From contig JBIISI010000002.1 of assembly GCA_044341105.1 (NCBI GenBank), positions 1 through 56,760 on the forward strand: a DNA stretch of 56,760 nt. The letters are read 5' to 3'. Below, piece after piece: positions 40,021 through 47,155 of the stretch; within the stretch, counting starts at the first letter, position 1; each line of letters starts with the position of its first letter. The notes under the pieces are model-generated. The model was not told the DNA's origin. It searched no databases and saw only the letters and a program-made list of their open reading frames with translations. A program made the translations under genes and the position numbers. The DNA comes from Rickettsiales bacterium. Its GTDB lineage: Bacteria; Pseudomonadota; Alphaproteobacteria; Rickettsiales; UBA3002.

Positions 40021-40455
40021 CTACCAGCTGCCGGTATTGGGCATGCTCGCCCATGGCTCCTGCACAGGCAGGCGCTCGCCCGCTTGCAATAGTTCGATGG
40101 AGATACCCTCCGGCGAACGGATGAATGCCATATGCCCATCGCGCGGCGGGCGGTTAATGGTCACCCCCGCCTCCATCAGTTTCTGGCAGAGCGCGTAAAT
40201 GTTAGGCACCTCATAGGCCACATGGCCGAAATTGCGGCCACCGCTATAATCCTCGCGGTCCCAATTATACGTCAGCTCCAGCTCCGGCGATTTGCTGGTG
40301 CCGGTATCGTCGCCGGGGGCCGCAAGATAGACCAGCGTGAATCGCCCCTTGTCGCTTTCCATGCGGCGCACTTCGCGCAGACCAAGTTTGTCGCAGTAAA
40401 AATCCAACGCCGCATCGAGATCGGTGACCCGCACCATGGTGTGAAGAAAGCGCAT
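40021..40455 (-). CDS. gloA: lactoylglutathione lyase (glyoxalase I)
   Basis: The likely start is the ATG at 40455 ([20 protein letters not shown]). Also present are [15 protein letters not shown] and ISIELLQ. Confidence 0.85.
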   Translation of the reverse strand: MRFLHTMVRVTDLDAALDFYCDKLGLREVRRMESDKGRFTLVYLAAPGDDTGTSKSPELELTYNWDREDYSGGRNFGHVAYEVPNIYALCQKLMEAGVTINRPPRDGHMAFIRSPEGISIELLQAGERLPVQEPWASMPNTGSW

Positions 40456-40457
40456 GG

Positions 40458-41282
40458 CTATGCTCCCAATTGCGCGGCATGGTGCCGCAAGTGATCGTCG
40501 ATAAATGTCTGGATGAAGAAATAACCGTGGTCGTAGCCTTCGTGGAAGCGCAGCTGCAGCGGCTGCCCCACCTTCGCGCACGCCTCGCGGAAGGCTTCGG
40601 GATTCAGCCGACCCTCCTGATAGGCCGAATCAGCGAGCCCCTGGTCGATCAGAATTGGTGGCAAATCGCCCGCCGAATGCGCCATGATTTCGCTCGCGTC
40701 ATAGGCCATCCAATGCGCACGCTCCGGCCCGAGATAGCGGGTCAATGCCTGCGGCCCCCAGCCATCTTCGCTTGGGCGGCAAATGGGCGCGAACGCCGAG
40801 ATGGACTCAAAAAGCTGCCGGTTGCGCTGGCCGATCACCAGCGCGCCATGCCCGCCCATCGAATGGCCGAACAGCCCAAAGCGGCGGATATGGAACGCCT
40901 CGCGCACCAGCGCCGGCAGCTCTTCCGCCACGTAGCTATACATGTGGTAGTGGCGGTTCCACGGCGCTTCGGTCGCATCCACATAAAAGCCCGCCCCCTT
41001 GCCCAGCGAGATGCTCGCATCGTCGGGCACCTCATCGCCGCGCGGCGAGGTGTCGGGCGCGATGATGGTGAGCCCCAGCGCATTCGCGGTGCGATAGGCC
41101 CCGGCCTTCACGGTGAAATTCTCCTCGGTGCAGGTGAGGCCCGAGAGATAAACCAAGCCAATCCCGCTGGGCTTTTCCGGCATAAACGCGGTGAAGCGCA
41201 TGTCGCATTTGGTGCTGTGGCTGGCGTGGCGGTAATAGCCGAGCGTGCCGCCGAAACAACGATGTTGCGAAAGCGTTTCCAT
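40458..41282 (-). CDS. fghA: S-formylglutathione hydrolase (esterase D family)
   Basis: [24 protein letters not shown] (GxSxG) and [12 protein letters not shown]. Confidence 0.9.
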   Translation of the reverse strand: METLSQHRCFGGTLGYYRHASHSTKCDMRFTAFMPEKPSGIGLVYLSGLTCTEENFTVKAGAYRTANALGLTIIAPDTSPRGDEVPDDASISLGKGAGFYVDATEAPWNRHYHMYSYVAEELPALVREAFHIRRFGLFGHSMGGHGALVIGQRNRQLFESISAFAPICRPSEDGWGPQALTRYLGPERAHWMAYDASEIMAHSAGDLPPILIDQGLADSAYQEGRLNPEAFREACAKVGQPLQLRFHEGYDHGYFFIQTFIDDHLRHHAAQLGA

Positions 41283-42388
41283 TAATACACCACTACGCTG
41301 CGAATGCTCTCACCGTGATGCATCAAATCGAACGCGCGGTTGATGTCTTCAAGCGGCATGGTGTGCGTAATCAGCGAGTCGATATCGATCTTGCCGTCCA
41401 TGTACCAATCGACAATCTTCGGCACATCCGTGCGTCCGCGCGCGCCACCAAAGGCCGAGCCGCGCCACACGCGCCCGGTGACCAGCTGGAAGGGCCGCGT
41501 GGAAATCTCCTGCCCTGCCCCGGCCACGCCGATAATCACGCTCTCGCCCCAGCCTTTGTGGCAGCATTCCAGCGCCTGGCGCATGGTCGTGGTGTTGCCG
41601 ATGCACTCGAACGAATAATCCGCCCCGCCTTTGGTGATGTCGACAATCGCTTCCACGATGTTCGGCACCTCTTTGGGGTTAATAAAATGGGTCATGCCGA
41701 ACTTTTTCGCGATCTCGATACGCGCGGGGTTAATATCGACCCCCACAATCATATCGGCCCCCACCATGCGCGCGCCCTGAATCACATTCAGGCCAATGCC
41801 ACCAAGGCCGAACACGACCACTTTGCTGCCCGGCTCCACCTTCGCGTCGAACACCACGGCACCCACGCCGGTAGTCACCCCGCAGCCGATATAACAAATC
41901 TTGTCGAACGGCGCGTCCTCGCGCACTTTGGCGAGGGCGATTTCCGGCAGCACCGTGTAATTGCTGAACGTCGAGCAGCCCATGTAATGCAGGATCGGCG
42001 TGCCATCGAGCGAGAAGCGCGAGGTGCCGTCGGGCATCAGCCCGCGCCCCTGCGTCGGGCGAATCTTCTGGCACAGATTGGTTTTGGGGTGCAGGCAATA
42101 TTCGCACTCGCGGCATTCCGGCGTGTAAAGCGGAATCACATGGTCGCCCTTCTTCAGGCTGGTCACGCCCGCGCCCACTTCCACCACCACCCCCGCGCCT
42201 TCATGGCCGAGGATGGCCGGAAACGCCCCTTCCGGGTCGTCGCCGCTCAGGGTGAATGCATCGGTGTGGCAGACGCCGGTGGCCTTGACCTCGACCAGCA
42301 CTTCGCCCGCCTGCGGGCCTTGCAGCTCCACGGTTTCGATGGAAAGGGGTTTGCCTGCGCCGAAGGCAACAGCGGCTTTGGTTTTCAT
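41282..42388 (-). CDS. frmA: S-(hydroxymethyl)glutathione dehydrogenase / class III alcohol dehydrogenase
   Basis: [52 protein letters not shown] and VFGLGGIGL. Confidence 0.9.
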   Translation of the reverse strand: MKTKAAVAFGAGKPLSIETVELQGPQAGEVLVEVKATGVCHTDAFTLSGDDPEGAFPAILGHEGAGVVVEVGAGVTSLKKGDHVIPLYTPECRECEYCLHPKTNLCQKIRPTQGRGLMPDGTSRFSLDGTPILHYMGCSTFSNYTVLPEIALAKVREDAPFDKICYIGCGVTTGVGAVVFDAKVEPGSKVVVFGLGGIGLNVIQGARMVGADMIVGVDINPARIEIAKKFGMTHFINPKEVPNIVEAIVDITKGGADYSFECIGNTTTMRQALECCHKGWGESVIIGVAGAGQEISTRPFQLVTGRVWRGSAFGGARGRTDVPKIVDWYMDGKIDIDSLITHTMPLEDINRAFDLMHHGESIRSVVVY

Positions 42389-42493
42389 GGTGCGAGTCTC
42401 CTGTTTTCCCGCACCCTAGCGCGCCGCCCCCCCAGCGCAACCAAAAACCATTGAAGGAAACAAAGCATTCCCTTACACACCAATCACCCATGC

Positions 42494-42534
42494 GGATGGG
42501 TGGCCGAGTGGTTTAAGGCAGCAGTCTTGAAAAC
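42494..42534 (+). repeat. 41-nt duplicate of the 5' half of tRNA-Ser(UGA), truncated just past the anticodon loop
   Basis: GGATGGGTGGCCGAGTGGTTTAAGGCAGCAGTCTTGAAAAC is identical to 42581-42621 of the intact tRNA. Identity ends 2 nt into the 3' strand of the anticodon stem. Confidence 0.8.
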
Positions 42535-42580
42535 CGGTGAAACGGAGTGCGTAAATTAGCCCCGCAAAGGGCGCGGATAT

Positions 42581-42668
42581 GGATGGGTGGCCGAGTGGTT
42601 TAAGGCAGCAGTCTTGAAAACTGCCGAGGTGCAAGCCTCCGTGAGTTCGAATCTCACCCCATCCGCCA
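42581..42668 (+). tRNA. tRNA-Ser (anticodon UGA)
   Basis: GGATGGGTGGCCGAGTGGTTTAAGGCAGCAGTCTTGAAAACTGCCGAGGTGCAAGCCTCCGTGAGTTCGAATCTCACCCCATCCGCCA. It has a long variable arm, the anticodon loop CTTGAAA, the acceptor pair GGATGGG/CCCATCC, and an encoded CCA. Confidence 0.9.
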
Positions 42669-42934
42669 GTCCTTCAGTTACAAATAGAGAGAACGTCCCT
42701 CAGGACCGCCAGTAACTGCCACGTTTAGCGAGCATTCAACTCTCCTGAATCAGGGCCGCTCTCGGCTTTTTCTCTCTTCAGAGAGCCATTTCTCTCAGGG
42801 GGTCTTTCCTGAGCCCGCCAAGGATAGTTGAAAATAATATTCAAAAACAATGGGCGCGATTTGCCGTGTTCTTTCCCTTCGGATGGTAGGCAGTTGAGTT
42901 TTGAACCGGCTGAGGTAAGAGTAACTAAACCAAT

Positions 42935-43567
42935 ATGTATGCCACCGGGGGGGATTCTATGTCGCAGCCAATGCATAAGCTTTTTAACCGCGCTCGCTTA
43001 GATGATCGCCAAGTCAACGAACTGCTTGGGCTATCACACGGGATCATCGCCGATGGTAAAGTGAGCATGGAAGAAGCGCAGTACCTTCAAAAATGGCTGG
43101 TCGCTAATACGGCGGTGAAGGATAATCCACTGGTTGCCAATTTGCTGCTCCGTGTGAACGATATGCTGTCCGACAATGAGTTGGACCCAGAGGAAGCACA
43201 GGAGTTGTTTGAGACCCTCCGCAACTTCTCTGGCGGGGATTTTGAAATCGGCGAACTGCTGAAGTCCACGAGCCTGCCGTTTGACAAGCCACAGCCCGAC
43301 ATCTCCTTCGAGAAAACCAACTTCTGCTTTACCGGCACGTTTGCTTACGGCACGCGCAAGCATTGCGAAGATGCTGTGATCTCACGCGGAGCGACTGCAG
43401 GCTCACTTACGGCAAAAACCAGCTATTTGGTCATCGGCGTGTATGCGACCGACAGTTGGGCGCACTCTTCATATGGTCGCAAAATTGAAAAAGCCGTGGC
43501 CATGAAAGCAAAGGACTCCCATATCTGCATCGTTGGCGAACAGCACTGGGCTGGCTTCTTGAACTAA
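42935..43567 (+). CDS. TerB-like N-terminal domain / C-terminal BRCT domain fusion protein
   Basis: The N-terminus LLGLSHGIIADGKVSMEEAQYLQKWL is a TerB-like ADG..E motif. The C-terminus FCFTGTFAYGTRKHCEDAVISRGATAGSLTAKTSYLVIG...KIEKAVAMK...ICIVGEQHWAGFL follows the LigA-type BRCT pattern. ATGs at 42959 and 42971 are alternative starts. Confidence 0.6.
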   Translation: MYATGGDSMSQPMHKLFNRARLDDRQVNELLGLSHGIIADGKVSMEEAQYLQKWLVANTAVKDNPLVANLLLRVNDMLSDNELDPEEAQELFETLRNFSGGDFEIGELLKSTSLPFDKPQPDISFEKTNFCFTGTFAYGTRKHCEDAVISRGATAGSLTAKTSYLVIGVYATDSWAHSSYGRKIEKAVAMKAKDSHICIVGEQHWAGFLN

Positions 43568-43920
43568 ACTAGCTCGATCAGCCTGCGCTGATCATCCCAA
43601 ACGTAGCCGACCTGTATCAGCTCCGCGAGCGTCACATAGTTGGGGCATTTGCCATCGAGGATTGCCTCGATCACGTCCGGCGCAAGGAGCGTCAGCTTCA
43701 TTACCTTGGAAACATAAGGGCTGCTGAGGCCTTCCTTTTTGCTGATTGTATCGTGCGAGAGGCTGGGATCGTTCTCCATTATCGCCTGCCAATGAAATGC
43801 GCGGCCCAGCGCCTTCAGGATATTGGACTCGGATACGCTCGGTGGCGTTGGCTGCTGCGTTGGTGCGACCAGATATTTCCTGCCCCCATGGTTGCTTGCC
43901 ATCCTATGATTTCCTTTCAC
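43564..43920 (-). pseudogene. C-terminal DNA-binding fragment of a serine-recombinase-like protein (remnant)
   Basis: ILKALGRAFHWQAIMEND...ISKKEGLSSPYVSKVMKLTLLAPDVIEAILDGKCPNYVTLAELI matches the C-terminal tail I recall from alphaproteobacterial 'recombinase family' proteins (...YVSRILRLTLLAPDIVEAILDGRQP...). No catalytic N-terminal domain is present, and it overlaps the upstream gene by 17 nt. Confidence 0.4.
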
Positions 43921-44485
43921 TAATCAATGGTTTTACCGAATGAAGAGTCATGCACATTTTATCTGTGCCGAAAGAGGGAAAATGGCCATAAACTAGCGAG
44001 AGTTGGCTATCCGCCTCTGATTCCTCTGATTGATTGATAGCCGACATATACAGTGCTGATGCCAAACCGCTTCTGTCAGCACCGCCCTGGCAATGTATCA
44101 GCAATGGCTTTGGGGCGTTGCGCATGACAGCTATTAGCTCTGTCGTTTGTCCATAAGTAAGCCCCCGTTTTGCACTCATTCTAAAATTAAGGTGCTTCAC
44201 GTTAGCAGCTTTGGCTTCGGCCACTTCATTGTCGTACCAATCTGTGCCGGTGTTATCGCCGCGCAAATTCAATACAGATTTGATGCCATACTTCTGAACA
44301 ACCTCGGTCAATTCGCCAGGTTCTAATTGGCCAGAGCGATATAATTTATCAGGAATCACCTCATGATAATTATCGCTCAGGTAAAAACTGCCAACATACA
44401 GGGTGAGGATTGCTAGCGCAGAGGCACCGAGTTGGAATATTCGATTTTTTAGAATCGGCCTCACAAGAACAAATAAAAACTTCAT
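43904..44485 (-). CDS. membrane-anchored Cys-based (CX5R) tyrosine/dual-specificity/lipid phosphatase-family protein
   Basis: An N-terminal TM helix (IFQLGASALAILTLYVGSF) and the active-site loop LLIHCQGGADRSGLASALY (HCxxGxxRS). Confidence 0.75.
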   Translation of the reverse strand: MKFLFVLVRPILKNRIFQLGASALAILTLYVGSFYLSDNYHEVIPDKLYRSGQLEPGELTEVVQKYGIKSVLNLRGDNTGTDWYDNEVAEAKAANVKHLNFRMSAKRGLTYGQTTELIAVMRNAPKPLLIHCQGGADRSGLASALYMSAINQSEESEADSQLSLVYGHFPSFGTDKMCMTLHSVKPLISERKS

Positions 44486-45234
44486 TGCGCGGATACCAAG
44501 CTTTTATCGGTTAAGATTCTATGCCGCTTCAGGGTACTGATTCCGGCGGCTGTAATGCCAACCAGTGCCATTGCCAAAACTAAAAAACCGATATGTAGCC
44601 AGTGGCCTGCTAGCGCAGTGCCGAAATGCTCATATATTTCTACAAGGCATAATGTGACCGCAGTGGAAGCGAACGTAGAGTAATCCTTTAGGAAAATACG
44701 CCGCCAATTGAAATACATGCCTGCACGGGCTTGCCTGAACTGAGTAATACGCGGAATCCAACGTGGCACGTCTTTGCAGTAATCCGCATAAGCATCGCCA
44801 AATTTGTTCTGTAGGTAATTCTCCTCAGCATAGATGATGCACTGGTAAATAAACATATACAAGCTGATGCCCGCTACGATGACGAGTGGATCTCCGTGCA
44901 TGACGAATACCCCTGCGTAAATAAGCATATTGCCGAAATAGAGGGGGTTTCTGCACAATGAGAACATGCCTTGCGTTACAAGGTTCTCTGCATAAACTTT
45001 CTTATTGAGCCCGCCACGCTTGATGTAAGCAAAGCCAATAACTACGCCCCGCACGGCTAAGCCAGCAAGGGCCAAGCCAATGCCAATAGTTTCCTTGAAG
45101 TGAGCAAGTGCGCTGTTGCCAAACAACTCTGCAGGAGGAATGGCGATGGCAAACAATGCCAGGATGATGAAAGGAAAGAGTTTGTTGCGATAACGGAAAA
45201 GGAAGTTACCGATCAGAATCATGGATTTTTTCAT
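44482..45234 (-). CDS. ICMT/PEMT-family integral-membrane methyltransferase
   Basis: Polytopic. LVTQGMFSLCRNPLYFGNMLIYAG ... AEENYLQNKFGDAYADYCKDVPRWIP is the isoprenylcysteine carboxyl / phospholipid methyltransferase family C-terminal SAM-binding signature. Confidence 0.8.
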   Translation of the reverse strand: MKKSMILIGNFLFRYRNKLFPFIILALFAIAIPPAELFGNSALAHFKETIGIGLALAGLAVRGVVIGFAYIKRGGLNKKVYAENLVTQGMFSLCRNPLYFGNMLIYAGVFVMHGDPLVIVAGISLYMFIYQCIIYAEENYLQNKFGDAYADYCKDVPRWIPRITQFRQARAGMYFNWRRIFLKDYSTFASTAVTLCLVEIYEHFGTALAGHWLHIGFLVLAMALVGITAAGISTLKRHRILTDKSLVSAQ

Positions 45235-45241
45235 TGCACAC

Positions 45242-46000
45242 CTACTTTACAGCGATAATTCCGCAGAAATTATACCAGCGAAAGAAAACCTCGGTGCTGC
45301 GGAACCCGGTATCTTTTAATAATTGGATATTTTCTTCCAAACGGTATGGAATAAGCACGTTTTCTAAAGCTTCGCGCTTCTTAGCGATTTCAGTTTCCGA
45401 ATAACCGTTACGCTTTTTGAATTCGTAATAATGCTCGATATAAAGCCGGTTAAAAATAGCCTCTTCACAGGTCAATTTCTCTATCAGCAGAATGCAGCCC
45501 TGATGTTGCAAGCCGGAGTAAATAGACTTCATAACGCGTTCACGGTGCAACGGACGTACAAACTGCAAGGTTAGCAGCATGGTGACGACGCTGGCATTTT
45601 CGATGGAGAAGTGTCCGTTTAGATCAGCTTCCTGTAATTCAATTTTTCTGCCGCACTGTGCTGCATCTAACTTGACTTGCGCTTTTGCCAGCATCTCAGG
45701 AGCATTATCTACACCAATAAACTGCACATCCGGTGCTATCAGTTCATCGAGTGCTAGCAATGTTGTCGCCGTAGAACAGCCAATATCGTATAGGTTTGTT
45801 CCGGGCTTTGCAAAATCTCTAGCAAGCTCACAAACTTGGCGCTGCATTTCTTCATAGTAAGGAACAGACCTGCTCACCATGTCATCGAAAACATCGGCAA
45901 CGGTGGCGTTGAAAGCAAAGTCTGCTACAGGGTGATTTTTTTCACTAAAGACTGCGTCTTTTAGTTCCCGGCTTAGTTTGAGAGTTGAGTTACCATTCAT
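45242..46000 (-). CDS. cmoA: CmoA-like carboxy-S-adenosyl-L-methionine (Cx-SAM) synthase homolog
   Basis: Colinear with E. coli CmoA as I recall it. FDDMVSRSVPYYEEM aligns with FDDMIxRSVPGY, YDIGCS with YDLGCS, IENASVVTMLLTLQFV with IENASMVVLNFTLQFL, and FKKRNGYSETEIAKKREALENV with [22 protein letters not shown]. The terminal FCGIIAVK aligns with FGSLVALK. Confidence 0.8.
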   Translation of the reverse strand: MNGNSTLKLSRELKDAVFSEKNHPVADFAFNATVADVFDDMVSRSVPYYEEMQRQVCELARDFAKPGTNLYDIGCSTATTLLALDELIAPDVQFIGVDNAPEMLAKAQVKLDAAQCGRKIELQEADLNGHFSIENASVVTMLLTLQFVRPLHRERVMKSIYSGLQHQGCILLIEKLTCEEAIFNRLYIEHYYEFKKRNGYSETEIAKKREALENVLIPYRLEENIQLLKDTGFRSTEVFFRWYNFCGIIAVK

Positions 46001-46083
46001 AAGGCCTCTGAGTTTCTATTTATTATTTCGTTATTTTTACGTTTTTTCTTTTGTTTGTTGTGCGGGTTAGGTTCCTTCTTTTT

Positions 46084-46494
46084 TTAATTTACTGGTAAGC
46101 CCAGCACCATTTTGTAACGCTTATCGACACTCTCATGTAGATTGAGCGCCAACTGGTGATCGAATGATGTCGTGGAAAGGTGCATCATCTCTTGCTCTAA
46201 GGTAACGTTGTTGCCGTTCGGCTTCGTTTCATAGGTTTCTTGGCGCGGAATAACTGCGTAGTAAGGTGCGCTTAGATTGCTAGTTGTGGCTAAATGCGAT
46301 GCATTCGTGCGTGTCATAAGTAGGCGCTGATTTTCTTCCACCATTTGATTGAAGTCAGGTGCCTGCACGTCTTTCGCTTTAAAACCTGGGGTGTCGACGT
46401 TGGCAATATTCTGTGCAAGCACCGACACGCGCTGAGAACTGTAGCGCATTTTCTGGTCTATCATTTCTGTAAAAGCAGACTCAAGAAACCCCAT
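46084..46494 (-). CDS. flgB: flagellar basal-body rod protein FlgB homolog (orphan)
   Basis: SQRVSVLAQNIANVDTPGFKAKDV is the rod-protein N-terminal signature (ANIAN.DTPGY.A.D). NGNNVTLEQEMMHLS is the GN.V.LE.EM block. Confidence 0.7.
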   Translation of the reverse strand: MGFLESAFTEMIDQKMRYSSQRVSVLAQNIANVDTPGFKAKDVQAPDFNQMVEENQRLLMTRTNASHLATTSNLSAPYYAVIPRQETYETKPNGNNVTLEQEMMHLSTTSFDHQLALNLHESVDKRYKMVLGLPVN

Positions 46495-46498
46495 GTCA

Positions 46499-46990
46499 TT
46501 ACTCCTTAGATAAGGGCATCACATTGCTCATTTTCTTAGAGACAGTCGTGACCTGCTCTTGAAGCAGCTTGCAATATTCTGCGACATGCTCCTGCAATTG
46601 TGCGGTGATCTTGCGGCTTGCATCAACGCAGTTCTCAATGGATTGCTGTGTTATTTTTTGGTGCAGCTCAAAGGCAGCATTGACCGTATGGCATTGTACT
46701 GTTTCCTGAGGAATGGCGATAATCTGAGAAAAAGAACGATTGCCGCTATCGTTGAGGCCTGAAGAGATGGCACACAAGGTTCGTACCGTTCCGCCGTAAT
46801 AATCGGTGGCAGCTTGTACAGCCTCGCTTTGCAATTCAATAGTGGTTGCCAGCAATTTATTGCAGAGGTCTAGGGGATTTTGAAAAGCGCTGACATCAGA
46901 TAAGTGGTCTGACTGGCGTTTTCCGGTATTTTTTGGGGTGGCATGAGAGAAAGAATTATCTGTCGCCACTTTTTTTACGGCCTGATTCAT
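46499..46990 (-). CDS. hypothetical helical protein (163 aa), translationally coupled to flgB
   Basis: The preferred start is the ATG at 46990 (MNQAVKK), which follows a GGAGAA RBS; the track start is 47032. The stop lies 4 nt before the flgB ATG. The protein is Q/A/T-rich and helical (vaguely phasin-like), with no firm motif. Confidence 0.4.
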   Translation of the reverse strand: MNQAVKKVATDNSFSHATPKNTGKRQSDHLSDVSAFQNPLDLCNKLLATTIELQSEAVQAATDYYGGTVRTLCAISSGLNDSGNRSFSQIIAIPQETVQCHTVNAAFELHQKITQQSIENCVDASRKITAQLQEHVAEYCKLLQEQVTTVSKKMSNVMPLSKE

Positions 46991-47155
46991 GGTGCGATTC
47001 TCCATTAAAAGGTTGATAGGAAATGGGGACAAGACCGGCTGCCCCTATTGTCGAAGACTTTGGCCACTTTCGCGGTGCATGCGGAATCTCCGATGAGCGG
47101 TTCGTCTTCGACAAAGACTTGATCGTGCCGTTCCAGATTCAGTTTGGTGGAGCTA

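Noticed and set aside
42725-42976. 83-aa minus-strand ORF next to tRNA-Ser that might be an integrase remnant.
   Set aside because: The translation (MHWLRHRIPPGGIHIGLV...) bears no resemblance to tyrosine or serine recombinases. It also overlaps the better-supported TerB/BRCT start.
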